DNA of 64,000 nucleotides from Blepharisma stoltei ATCC 30299 (taxonomy: Eukaryota > Protista > Ciliophora): positions 496,001 through 560,000 of the forward strand of contig CBFDEM010000062.1 in the NCBI GenBank assembly GCA_965603825.1. The letters run 5' to 3'. Shown piece by piece: positions 23,811 to 35,500 of this stretch. Each line of letters starts with the position of its first letter. Position 1 is the stretch's first letter. The notes beneath the pieces are model-generated. The model was not told where the DNA came from and searched no databases. It saw only the letters and a list, made by a program, of their open reading frames with translations. A program made the position numbers and the translations under genes.

Positions 23811-25046
23811 ATGGAAAATCAAGATATCAATTTAATTATCAGCAAGTATTTAGCCAGCCCACACAACTCGCTTGACCAAATAAATTTCTGCACTGAGCAG
23901 TCAGAAATACCAAAAGTTGAGGAATATGAAAAGATTGATCAATGCTTGCAAACTTTTAGCTCAGATAATAGTAAAGATAAAGAGAGAAATTTAGATGAAA
24001 AACATCAAAAACTGAGGAAAAATGAATCAGAATTAATTGATGAAAATACTTTGACATGAAGAAGGCAGAACAAAGAATATGTTGAAGAATTATTGAAAGA
24101 ACTTATTGCTGAAAATAAAACACTTAAAAAATTGAGAGATACATGGGAAAGTGAGTTTCAAAGGCAGCAAAACCAATTAAAAACAGTTGAAATTAAAATG
24201 CAAAAAAGTATAAATTCTTTAAAATCTGACAAAATGAGCTTGCTAATCCGCATTGAAAATTTAGAAAAAGAGATTTGTTCTAAAAATAATGAAATAGAAA
24301 GATTAAAACTCACAGTAAATGATGCTGAAAGCTATAAAAATGCTATTAAAGAAGAGCTTGATGCAGAGAAGAGAAACGCAATTTCATTATGTGAAGAAAT
24401 TAAAGATTTAAAGAAAAGCATAAGCGATCAAAAAGATTGATATGATGCCCGAGCCCATCAATTAGAAATTGGATTTTCAAATAAAATATCCCAGTTATTA
24501 TCACAGCTAGGAGAGCTAGAAAATATAAACAGAGCATTAAAAGAAAACGCAAAAGTAAAAGATGAAAGCATAGACTGCTTAAATAGCGAGATCAGCAGTC
24601 TTCATAGTGCAATTAAAGCAATCCAAGAAAACCAAATTGATTATGCAAAAAATGAGTATGCTAGACATCATACGGAAAAGAAATCTAGTAGCCATAAGCA
24701 TAAGCATTCAAAAACTTCTCATCATAATTCATATTCTGCTCCTCATCCAAATTCCACCAGTGGCTCAAAACCTAAAGGGAATTTACCGATTGCATCCCCA
24801 AAACACCAACAAAGTCAAGAAAAGAAATTTTTATCCGCCTCAATTACAAAATTAGAAAATGAATTAAATAATTTAGGCTTAAAGCACAAAAAATTATTTG
24901 AGCTCTCTAATGACAGTGCAAGCAGTCTAATTGAAATGAGAAGAGATTTAGATACCCTTGCTTCAACTATGAACAAGGAAAAGAAAGAGCTCCATAGCCT
25001 GAAACTATTATTCAAAGACGATAATTTTAAGAAGAGCTTGAAATAA
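23811..25046 (+). CDS. Coiled-coil hypothetical protein; 2 TGA=Trp codons
   Basis: Single frame from ATG 23811 through TGA 24057 and 24438 to TAA 25044-25046. Confidence 0.75.
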
Positions 25047-25070
25047 TTAATTGCTGAGCTTTTTAAACTA

Positions 25071-26930
25071 TTAAAGCTTAAAGCCATAAAGTCTCCTTCT
25101 TTCACTTTTATTTTGCTCTTGAGAAAGCTCAGTAGCTCTTCTTAAAATCTGCTCGGACATTTTCCTTGCAAGCTTGTCATTATTTTTCAGCCTCTTTTCC
25201 CTGTACATCAATAATTTCCCCTCTGATCCTTTTGTAGGACTTCTCCTGGTTTCTCCCAGAGGGTAGTTTTTTTGCAAGTATTCGTCATCGTCACTATTCT
25301 TGTCGCTTATTAAATTTTTCAGGTCTAATTCTTCCTGAATCCCTGGTATCATTTCAGGTACAATTTCGTTTAAGTTTTGAAAGGTAAATGAACTCTTTAC
25401 TCCTTGATGAGTTGAAGAGTAGGAAGGCTCAGGTAATGATTCAATTGAATACGTTTTAGAAGTCTTGCTCTGGGTTAAAGGACCTGACCGAGAGTTAGTC
25501 AGAGATTTTGCTTTTTTGGGTTCGCTCTCTAAGCTGACTTCTCTACTTTTCTTTCACTCTTGCACCTGCAGCTTTTGAGCTTCATATTTCTCTGGGTTAA
25601 ACTTATAATTTTTCGATAAATCGTTATCAGGTATTCTGGTGGGAGAAACCCCAAAATGATGGATAACGCCTTTGCATTTCTTTGAATAAATCGCAATATC
25701 ATAACAGCCTATGTCTTTGTAAAGCAATAATTTTTTTTCGTACGGAGTCAAAGATCTATAACTAGTCCCATTAATTGAGTCGTATTCTACGTCGAAGTAG
25801 AATTCTGATAAAAGCTCGAGGAACTTCAAAAATTGGCTTTCGTTGATTTCATATTTAAAATTGGTAAATTTCAAAAATAGTTTTTGAACTAACTTTCTCT
25901 GCAAAATTTTTCTGTCAGTTCTTTTATTAGTATCCATTAGATCAAATTCCCTTAAAAATCTGAAAAACTTGCCCAAGCTCATAGTTTCATTATTTTTTTC
26001 TATTAGCTCAAACGTTGGAGAAGTTCCTCCATTCGGACCAAATTGTTTACAGTAGAACATATATATGTCATGCAACCCTATATTGCATTTTTCTTCAAAG
26101 TTCCCCTTTAACTCAATTCTAGCTTTATCTTCAATAGGCATATTTAGATGTTTCTTGAACCTGCTAATTATTTCATCCACACTTGAAATGTCCCCGCCAG
26201 ATTTTAATATTTCTTCTCTCACATTTTCATAGTCATTTATTGTACTTATCAGTTTTAATTTAATATCTTGTGGTAAAATTTGCAAAATTGCTGGCTTACA
26301 CTTTTTGAACCATGTTATCAATATTTTTTCTATGTCCATATCTTCTCTTAAAAGTGTAGGAATTCTCTCACTTTCTGCATTTAGCATAGGTTTTCCATTT
26401 TTCGAATTTTCTGGTTTGTGGTTAGGATTTTTGTATGATGGCATTTTAAAAGAGGAATTTTCAATTGGTGGGATAAGATAGTTCATAAATTTCTCATCAA
26501 CACCATTTAATCCTTCGTTTTTGCCTTTAGCCTCCCTATTTAGCATGTTGCTGTAGGCAATTTCAAACATGCGCACCAGCTCTGAGATCTGATCTTTATT
26601 TGCTTGCACTTTACAAATTGTTAAAATTTCTTTAAAAGCATTCTCAAAACCTGAATTGGCCAAACTATGCTTAATAAATCTTTCAATCCCATGAATTCGC
26701 TGGGAAAATTCTTCAACCGAAGCCGAGTTTTCAGCTTGTTTGTTGTCGTTTGAGATACCTTTATCAGCCTCAAAATTCCCTTTACCTGGAATGTCTAAAT
26801 TCTCTCCACTTTTTTGAGTACAAAGACTTGGGTAGTTAGAAGTTTCTTCTGATGGAGCTTCTACCTTGTCCCCATCGATCATTATTTCTCTCATTCCTTG
26901 AAAGTTTTGAATATAATTTAAATTCTGCAT
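25071..26930 (-). CDS. Hypothetical protein with p25-alpha/EF-hand-like helical region; one TGA=Trp
   Basis: ORFs 25554-26930 and 25071-25352 share a frame joined via TGA. LHDIYMFYC..MSLGKFFRFLREFDL..INESQFLKFL resembles a TPPP/p25-like fold (weak). Confidence 0.7.
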
Positions 26931-26974
26931 ATACTAGCTATAATTTTTTATTATTTGTAAGTAAATAAAATTAT

Positions 26975-28189
26975 CTATCCTTCCAGTTTATGATAGTCTT
27001 CTGGCTTTTTAAGAGGAGGTTTTTTCTTCCCAATTGTTGAATTTTGTTGCTGCGGCTGATTATTAGGGTTGGTTGAAAAGATGCGTGAAAGTCTATCATA
27101 ATCAGCTTCATCAAGAATGTCTGCTTTTAATATTTGTTCTAATACATCTTCTAGTGTTATTATTCCTAGAACATTCTTTTCAGCTGATGGGACACTTTCA
27201 GGAGAGTCCGAAACAATTGCCATGTGGCTTTTACCTTCCTGGAAAATTTCTAATAAATCTAAAATTGTGAAATTTGGGTTGATATAAACTGTTTCCCTAA
27301 GCTTTATTCCTGAGCCTTCGATTGTATTTCCTTCTTTTGAGCCAATTAGCTTCTTCACTAATAAAATCCCAACTATATCGACTTTATTATTTCCTCTGTA
27401 AATTGGTACCCTGCTATATCCTTGAGCCATTATCATTTGAAACGTAGACTTGCTTAAAACTGTTTCTGTACTCAGCATAAAAACCTTTTCAAAATTAATC
27501 ATGTGGTTTTTCACGATCTCCTTATGTGAGTCAATTGCTCCATGAATAATCTTGATTTGCCCTGCCCCAAGACCTGTTTTATCAGCAGGACCTACACTGT
27601 AAGTTTCATGAATTCTAACAAGTGCTTTTAAGTCGTCATTTTTAAGCTTTTTCGAATGTCCATGTCCAAAAATCTTGTCGAGAAGTTTAGCAATAGGGTA
27701 GCTTACAGGGAAAAAAATCACCATTACAAATTTTACAATTGGGACGAGCTTGCTTGCAATTTTCAATTGATCAGGCCCTGTGCACAAAGCTTGAGGCAAA
27801 ACTTCTCCAAAAGCCAGCACAAAAGTGACACTCAACACTACTGCTATAATACTGCTAAACATTTCATCGAGAAAAATAGGCAAGGTTTCCATAGCAGCTG
27901 CATTAGCTACTAAAAGAGTAACAAGCAGGAGGTGATGCTGATTAATTATGGGAAGCACTTTGCGAGCTTGTTGTCGCTCTATTTCAGTGCCGCTTGCAAG
28001 CTTCATTTCTAAATCAAGTTCATCGATACCCATCATACCTACTGTTAGGCCTGACATCATCCCTGCAAAGAGAACCAAGCCTATTGATACAAATGAAAAT
28101 ATTATATAATCTTCAGTCGGAAGGACATGTATAAGTTGCTCATCTGCAAGCACGAGTTGAAGTAATAAAAATGAGAATAGTCTTATCAT
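26975..28189 (-). CDS. CNNM/DUF21 plus CBS-pair metal transporter
   Basis: FAGMMSGLTVGMM, HHLLLVTLLVANAAAME.LPIFLD, FGEVLPQA, GYSRVPIY, GKSHMAIV, GIITLEDVLEQI. Confidence 0.93.
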   Translation of the reverse strand: MIRLFSFLLLQLVLADEQLIHVLPTEDYIIFSFVSIGLVLFAGMMSGLTVGMMGIDELDLEMKLASGTEIERQQARKVLPIINQHHLLLVTLLVANAAAMETLPIFLDEMFSSIIAVVLSVTFVLAFGEVLPQALCTGPDQLKIASKLVPIVKFVMVIFFPVSYPIAKLLDKIFGHGHSKKLKNDDLKALVRIHETYSVGPADKTGLGAGQIKIIHGAIDSHKEIVKNHMINFEKVFMLSTETVLSKSTFQMIMAQGYSRVPIYRGNNKVDIVGILLVKKLIGSKEGNTIEGSGIKLRETVYINPNFTILDLLEIFQEGKSHMAIVSDSPESVPSAEKNVLGIITLEDVLEQILKADILDEADYDRLSRIFSTNPNNQPQQQNSTIGKKKPPLKKPEDYHKLEG

Positions 28190-28404
28190 TATAATAAATC
28201 TTGCAAATTTATAATAAAATTAATTAATTTTATTCAACAAAATTTTATAATAGCATAAAAGCCTGCTAACTAAATTGGCATTTAAATGAAAATAATTCTC
28301 CAATGAGCCACATTCAAGCTAAAACTCACATTAAAGAATAATTCTGTCATAATTCTCTCTAAATCTTTGCATATCAAAACTTATTTTTCTATTTTCGTTA
28401 AATA

Positions 28405-28863
28405 ATGGCTGGGCTGCTAAGACTAGAAAAGATCTTCACAAAAGTCCGGAACCGGACTAAACCCAGCTTCGACATGGACCTCTATATCCGAACTCTAATT
28501 GAAGATGTTAAAGAAACTGAAAACTCATTTAATGCTAAGTTCAAGTTCTACGTTACCCCAGAATATTGTAATCACAATGGTCTTTTACATGGAGGAGCAA
28601 TTTCTACTATGCTCGATAATTATACATATCTAGTAGTAATTGCTGCTGATAAGCTCGACAGAACAGCCTTATCCACCAACCTCACTCTTTCCTTTATTTC
28701 CTCAGCAGCTGCAGGAGATGAGCTAACAGTAACAGCTGAAGTTTTGAAAATCGAGGATGAGTTAGCACATGCCCAGGCAGAGATATGGAATGGGGGGAAG
28801 TTAGTAGCCCATGGTAAGCATACTTTGGGCTTTGTTAGCAGAAAGAACTATCTACTTAATTAA
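28405..28863 (+). CDS. Hotdog-fold acyl-CoA thioesterase (PaaI/ACOT13-like)
   Basis: NHNGLLHGGAISTMLD motif and STNLTLSFIS. Confidence 0.88.
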   Translation: MAGLLRLEKIFTKVRNRTKPSFDMDLYIRTLIEDVKETENSFNAKFKFYVTPEYCNHNGLLHGGAISTMLDNYTYLVVIAADKLDRTALSTNLTLSFISSAAAGDELTVTAEVLKIEDELAHAQAEIWNGGKLVAHGKHTLGFVSRKNYLLN

Positions 28864-28896
28864 ATTAAGATTCAATAAATAAAGGTTTATTTATCT

Positions 28897-29826
28897 TTAT
28901 TCTCCTCCTGCACCACCTTCGATTCCCAAATAAGCTTGGATTTTGTTGTAGAAGACAAGCACAAGAGCTCCACCAGTTCCTCTGATTACGTTGCTGCCAG
29001 CTCCTTTGAAGAAAGGCTTAAGTCCACCTTCATTAGCGAAAATCTTGAAGAAGCAATCTATGGTGCCTTTGTATTGGATATCGGCACCTTTTCTTCCACT
29101 TTGCATCATCATACGTCTTCTGACAGTATCTAGTGGGTATGAAGCGATACCAGAAGAAACTGTGACTGCTTGTGCAAAGGCCCAAACTAAGAAAATGTTG
29201 GCGTTCTTGAAGTCTTTGAAGAGAATGTCTTTGCCAGAGTCGAACATACCGAAGTATAAAGCACGGTAAATAATGATTCCGACCACAGAGATACCGAATC
29301 CTCTATAAAGACCAATTGGACCGTCGTGTTTTAGAATCTTTAAAATGCAGTCATTTAGACCATTGAATTCTCTGTTTGTGCCCTTGCCAACATCAGTGGC
29401 AAGTCTTGTTCTTGCGAAATCAAGTGGGTACACAAAAAGTAGTGAAGCGGCTCCAGCCAAGCCACCAGCAGCCATGTTTCCAGCGAAGAAGAACCAGAAG
29501 CTCTTTTTCCTGTCATAGTAGAACCATCTTCTGAAAGTGTCTTTGAAGGCAAAGTTAAGTGCTTGGGTTGGGAAGTATCTGATGACGTTAGCGAGATTTC
29601 CTCTCCAGAAGCTAGCAAACCCTTGCTCTCTATTGACTCTACTAAAGCAATCGACGATTCCTTTGTACTGGTCTTCAGGTTTTATTTGTTTGCTGGATGC
29701 CTGAAGCTGTAAAAGGAGCTTAACTCTTTCAATTGGAGCCACAGCTGTTTTGGAAACTGCAGCTGAGACACCTCCCAGTAAAAAGTCCTGTAAGAAGTTT
29801 GACTGCTTTGGCTTTCCGGTTGCCAT
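28897..29826 (-). CDS. Mitochondrial ADP/ATP carrier
   Basis: [47 protein letters not shown] signature. Confidence 0.97.
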   Translation of the reverse strand: MATGKPKQSNFLQDFLLGGVSAAVSKTAVAPIERVKLLLQLQASSKQIKPEDQYKGIVDCFSRVNREQGFASFWRGNLANVIRYFPTQALNFAFKDTFRRWFYYDRKKSFWFFFAGNMAAGGLAGAASLLFVYPLDFARTRLATDVGKGTNREFNGLNDCILKILKHDGPIGLYRGFGISVVGIIIYRALYFGMFDSGKDILFKDFKNANIFLVWAFAQAVTVSSGIASYPLDTVRRRMMMQSGRKGADIQYKGTIDCFFKIFANEGGLKPFFKGAGSNVIRGTGGALVLVFYNKIQAYLGIEGGAGGE

Positions 29827-30602
29827 TAATTATAACAATATGGAAGCTTAAAGAGATACGTAATAAAGACACAGAGAGTAAAAGTGAAAATTAGGTCACC
29901 AGTAAAAATTTTGGAAATTAATTTTACATTAACAATGGGATGATGCTTTTTAAGTTAATATTAATTTCTAAGTAATTGTATATAAAGCTAAGTTTAAGAA
30001 TGATTTTTAAAAGAAGTTAAGAAGAGTACTCTAATGTAAAGCGAAATTTATATTTTCATAGGATTTTAGGCTGACTGATAAATATATAGATATCAAAAGT
30101 GCATAGAGTTAGTTTTTTAATGACAATTGCTCAGCTTATTGACATAATTCTTTTAAATTTCACGATTATAAAAGAAACAGTAATTTATTATAGAATTAGT
30201 GTTTTTATGTTTTAATTATTTTATGATATTAAGGTTAAATATCTAAAAAATTATATAGCTACATTAGATTCCTTTTATGATGCTTTGAACAATCCCTCGA
30301 TTAATTTTCTTGAGGGCAATTAAAGGCATTTTTATTTAAGACACAAAAATTTAAATCAAATAAATCGAATTTATTAATAGCTGATTAACGATTCAATAAG
30401 GACATTGTAGTGTATTTAATGACAGCAAGCAAATTTTATATTCATAACGCTGGCAATTTAAACTTATCTTATCATTTATTATAAATTTGCAGAACTTGTG
30501 CTATTATTTATTGTTTTTGTGCATTAAATTTTTATTCAACAAGTTCTTCTTATCATTCAAATGATGATGGCTTATTCTTCTCATATTAAATAATTTCATA
30601 GC

Positions 30603-32492
30603 ATGTCCGCAACAGCAGAGCTTGAAAAATACATAGAGCAGTTCAAAACTGGCTACAAAAAATACGTTCCAAGCGAAGACACTTCTTCAATGGCGTCTTC
30701 AATCGACACTGATGAGTTGCTAAGTGAGACAAGCTCAGACTCATCATCAATTGATGCATATAGTTTCAAGGCAAAAAAGACTGATAAAATTAAAACGCTA
30801 TCAAGTCTTAAGAAAAAGAAGAAAAAATCTGTCAAAGTCATTAACAAGCCCTCATACTTGAAGCCTCTTCATACAACCCCGCTAAAAATAATAAACGAAG
30901 AGGAAGAAGACCCAGAAAACAGAAGAATTAACTATAATTTATCTGAGTTTATGCCAAGACAACTTCCTTTTGACATCAGCAAATATTTGCCTCAATCTGA
31001 AAGCCAGCGACAAGCAAAAATCAAAGAAATCATTGCGTCGCTAGATACAGAGAGCGAAACGACATCTATTTGCAGCTCTATTGACACTGAAGCTCTTCTA
31101 AACAGTTCAGACGAAGAAGAAGAGGAAATCCCTTCCAAAAAATTTAGCCTAGCAAAAACCGCAGGTACTTCTACTCACTTAAAGTCTTATTCAATCAATT
31201 CATATCCTTCAGTTTTAAATTCAAAACCAGAAATGTCCTCAATTCTGAATCCGAGAATGTACTCGTCTAGCATAGACATAAAACAATCAGGAAATTTGCC
31301 ACCTAAAAGCAGCTATAAGTTAGGCTATGATACTTTGCCACTATCTCAGAGCGACCCAGCGTTCAAAAATCAGATGAGTTATGATGGGAAAACGATGAGA
31401 AGGAGCGAGCTTAATATTCAAAAAGCTAATGAATGCTCAGTTATTCCTAGAAGGCTAGATATCTCAACAAACTCTCTGAGTATATCTCCAATTTCCAGCC
31501 AAAACTTAAAATCAAATGCAGCAAAGTCTGCATTAGCCAAAAGCGAAATCAAGCCTTCAGCATTTTTAAATAGCATAACCGAAAGCACTCAAAGCTTGTC
31601 ATACTCTAACTCCTTCAGTAAGTTAACTTTATGCACCTGCATACTCAAAGGAAGCCTCTACTCTCATTTTAGCAATTGTCAACGAGTACAAGTAAAAGCT
31701 GTTATTCCAGACAATATCCAGTTTTCTACTACAAAAATTAAAAAATTTGGCATGGTAGAGTCAATAGTGCTAATTCAAAGAGAAATAAGAAACTTTTTGT
31801 CTAAAAGAAAATTGAAAAAAACGCAGGCAAAGCAGCCCCTTTATAAATCTTCGCCTTCTATGCCACCACGATCAATCCAAACTCCTCCTCTTTCTGCTTC
31901 AGTAATTCCAACTAGATCACTCCAAGCTTCACAAGCCTTTTCTGCGTCCTCAATCCCTCAGCCTCGATCAGCCCAGCCATCTTCATCATCAATCCCTTCG
32001 CGGTCTGCCCAGACTCCTCCTCTTCTTACATCCTCTATGCTATCAAGGACATCCCAAGCTGCTCCTATTTCTACCCCTCCGATTTCCACTCCTCCATTAA
32101 ATTCGGTAAACGAAATAGAAAAAGCAACACAAAGTTTATATCAAGCAATCGAAGAATTAAAATCGTTAAAGCAAAAAGGAACAAGCTCCCCAGGAAGCTC
32201 TTCTATTAATAGCTCGTTTTCACTAACTGAGTACAATCTAAAAAACCTTCCTAATTTCGGCAGCAAAGCTTCTTCAGTGAAGAGATATGTAGAGACTCCC
32301 AAATCCCCTTCAATTTCTTCTAGTCACAAAGAAAAAGAAAATAACGCACTAGATACTCCAATATCAATAAGGGACGAAATCCCTGATGACAAAGTTTCCT
32401 CACATAGCTCTAGCATCCCTGATGACATAAGTGATGTCAATACTGAAGAGCTGTTAAATAGCACGTTTTCAAGCATTTCCAGTGCCCTTTAA
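30603..32492 (+). CDS. Ser-rich low-complexity protein with an IQ-like motif
   Basis: 629-aa ORF; IVLIQREIRNFLSKRK IQ-like motif; P/S-rich internal repeats. Confidence 0.75.
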   Translation: MSATAELEKYIEQFKTGYKKYVPSEDTSSMASSIDTDELLSETSSDSSSIDAYSFKAKKTDKIKTLSSLKKKKKKSVKVINKPSYLKPLHTTPLKIINEEEEDPENRRINYNLSEFMPRQLPFDISKYLPQSESQRQAKIKEIIASLDTESETTSICSSIDTEALLNSSDEEEEEIPSKKFSLAKTAGTSTHLKSYSINSYPSVLNSKPEMSSILNPRMYSSSIDIKQSGNLPPKSSYKLGYDTLPLSQSDPAFKNQMSYDGKTMRRSELNIQKANECSVIPRRLDISTNSLSISPISSQNLKSNAAKSALAKSEIKPSAFLNSITESTQSLSYSNSFSKLTLCTCILKGSLYSHFSNCQRVQVKAVIPDNIQFSTTKIKKFGMVESIVLIQREIRNFLSKRKLKKTQAKQPLYKSSPSMPPRSIQTPPLSASVIPTRSLQASQAFSASSIPQPRSAQPSSSSIPSRSAQTPPLLTSSMLSRTSQAAPISTPPISTPPLNSVNEIEKATQSLYQAIEELKSLKQKGTSSPGSSSINSSFSLTEYNLKNLPNFGSKASSVKRYVETPKSPSISSSHKEKENNALDTPISIRDEIPDDKVSSHSSSIPDDISDVNTEELLNSTFSSISSAL

Positions 32493-32547
32493 AGTAAGCT
32501 AAAAAATTATGAAATTAATAATTGAAATTAGTATCTAATAAATGTAA

Positions 32548-35500
32548 TTATATAAAGCCAAATCCTTCCTTTCCTTCACTACAAGCCAGCTTGAGTTTTG
32601 AGCGGAGGATTTCTTTTGATGGATACTCTGGCAGATCCAGTTGGTTCATGCAAGTGTGAGCTGTAGGGAGACGGTCGGTGTCCGTGAAACTTTTATGGAT
32701 TTGGAAGAGTTGGATGCCGCCCATTCCTGGAAGAGATTTAAAGCCTTCTAATGGGACTTTGCTAGAACCTGTCACGAATTGCAAAAACTCAGCTCGCTCT
32801 TCATGTGAGAATTCTTCAAGGACTTCCCAAAACCATACTATCACAGGCGTTGTTTTCGTATAATTATGGTACTCTGTATTTGCTTTGAAATCTTCAATAT
32901 CAATTTCCGGCAGCCCAGAAATTAGCAATTCCAGCTCTTTGCTATCAAAAATTGAAATCAGCTGTTTTGGTACGATTTCATAGAACCCTTCCAAAAACGC
33001 ATTTATTTGTTTCAAAATATTTTTTGTCATTTTCATATGGCAAAGCAACTTGATATATTCCATTTTATTGGCTTCGGTGACCCTTATGGTTTTCCCTCCT
33101 GGAATTAATTCTTTGACTTCTAGTTTGCCGAACTCCTCTTCTTCTAAGGCAAAGTAATACTCATGAAGGTCACTGTCATTTAAGTTGATTCCTAATAAAT
33201 ATTTGAGTGACTTATAGAAATCTGGATCCAAATCCTCCATGTCTTGGTAATTAACCTGCTGCCCAAGGATGTGCTTATAAAATGACCTGGTAAAATAAAG
33301 GTCGAGGGAGTAGCCATCACATATTGCTTTCCCTATGATTCTTCCTACAAAATTGAAGAAGTCTAAATGCTCAGAGTTTATATAGGACATTGAGTTTGGT
33401 TGGAATGCGACTGCGTTTGCTGATGGGATAAAGAGAGCATAGTTAGGGTTAAACATCTCACGAGCTAGCAAGGTGTACCATTCTCTGGTCAAGCCACCTG
33501 CATCTAAGCCTTCTTCTCCAATAAATTGGACTCGGAGTTTTCCATACATTTCGTTAGGGTTTCTGACTTTCAGTTGGTGGAAGCTATCAATAAATACATG
33601 AGCTCTTCTTACGTGAAGCTTTATGCTTTCATAACCTTGCTCTAAGCGAAGTTTACGGATTTCGGCTAAGAAATAATTTCTTTTATTTTCAAAGTCAAGA
33701 AGTGATGGGAATCGGGTTATCAAAGAATGGAAAGTGTCATTCAACAAGCTCGGATTTTGCTTGACCAATAAGTTGATAAACTTGCGGTTTTTGTCGCAAA
33801 ATGTCTGGAATGCCTCTCCTCTACTCCCATCCATGTGATAAATAAAGAATGTTTCAATAACTGGGAGCAGTTTGCTTAATGTTGGGTTTGTGGTGCTTTC
33901 TAAGTCAGATTCTAAAGTTGTTATTGAGTTCAGCACATCTGTAAGTGGCCCCCACAACCCTTCTAGCCCTTCCGATTTCCCTGAAACGCTTCTTAAGACT
34001 GTGCACAACCTTAAGAGTTGCAATTCCTTAATCCCTGTCCTTGATGTTTCATTCCTCTTCAGCGATTCTGCTATTTCTTCTCCAAGAACTTTTACCTCAG
34101 TGTTCAGTGCTTGTTCTATATGAACCCGGTTTTCTTCATTTTGTGCCAGTTTGGTCACAAGATCCACGACAACTTTGACTGTCGCTTCATTCAAGCTTTT
34201 ATAGCTTAAAAGGCTGCACAGCTGGCTTATTGCGAACTGGTCTATTTTCTGAACATTTGTTCCTTGCTTGTCTACTATTGCCAAAATTAAGTTAATAAGG
34301 GGAGTCAAATGACTGCTGCTTGTCCTGAATAGCTGCTGCTCAACTAGCTCTATAAGGGAATGGAAGCCTCTGATGTCATCATTTCCTCTGATACTTTTAA
34401 TCAAAGGAAGTCGGAACTTGGAAGAAGATGATAGGTCTAAAGAAACCTTAGGATTCATCTTGGCAAGGTGTTGCAAAATGTCAAGGATCCTGCCAGATAC
34501 AACTGCATATACTTGGTTGTAGTTCTCTATAAGAGAATCCGACCCATAAAGCTGTCGTGGCGGAAAATCATCTCTGGGCGTTATCTGCAGAAGTAAACTA
34601 ATGAGACCGTCAAGCATTTTATGACGATTTGGCTGTTGTGCTGATAAGTTAAGCATCAATGATGCGAAGATATCGCGGTTTACAGGATTTGCTATATATA
34701 AGCACTTAAGCAAAACTTCTAAAAAGCTGTCTTCCACTTGTATGAGAGAGTTGGCAAGCTTGTCGTCAGCAACTACTTCGGAAATAGCTTTTCCTTCTTC
34801 TAAGGATGGAGGCCTGTGCTGTTGGGCTTGGTTGCGTTCCATCATGAAGTTTTGTCGATGCTGTCTTACTCTTTCTTGCAACATTCTAGCTTCAGCTATA
34901 AACTCAGGTGGCAATGATGCAAGAAACTCATCAGTTGCAGTTAATAGCACTTCTCTTCTCAGATCTGGAGCTAGAGACGCTACGAAGGCTGCATTATCCA
35001 TTTCTTCAGGTGGTCTATTAGCTGCTCTCTGCTGCTGCATTACTTCCGCCCTTAAATCAGGAGGCAGAGCATCTAAAAAGTCATCGTCTGCGTTAGCATT
35101 ATTTTGCCTTGCAGGTGGAGCTCGATACTGAGCTAAAATTTCGGAGCGAATGTCCTCAGGCAAGGCTTCTAGAAATGCAGGATCAATTCCTTCAGGGACA
35201 GCTGAAGGGTCACTTGGAGCTTCTCCATTGGGAATAGCCGCTTTGGCCTCTTCCTCTATATGAGGCTCAGGCGATTTTTGTTCTTCATGAGGGATTATTT
35301 CTATGGGATTCACATTTTCTCCAATTATTAATGCAGGGATACTCGGCTCTCCTTGTTTTATTTCTTCTGGGATAGATTCGTCAAGATGCATAGGAGGGAT
35401 CACGATTTCTTCGTGGCCTATTGAGAGTTCTTCTTTGCTTTCTTCTGGAGACGATAATGACTCCATTTCTGCAATAAATTCTTCTGCATTTGTGGAGAAC

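Noticed and set aside
30294-30316. Small hairpin CCCTCGA/TTGAGGG
   Set aside because: 7-bp stem with no other support
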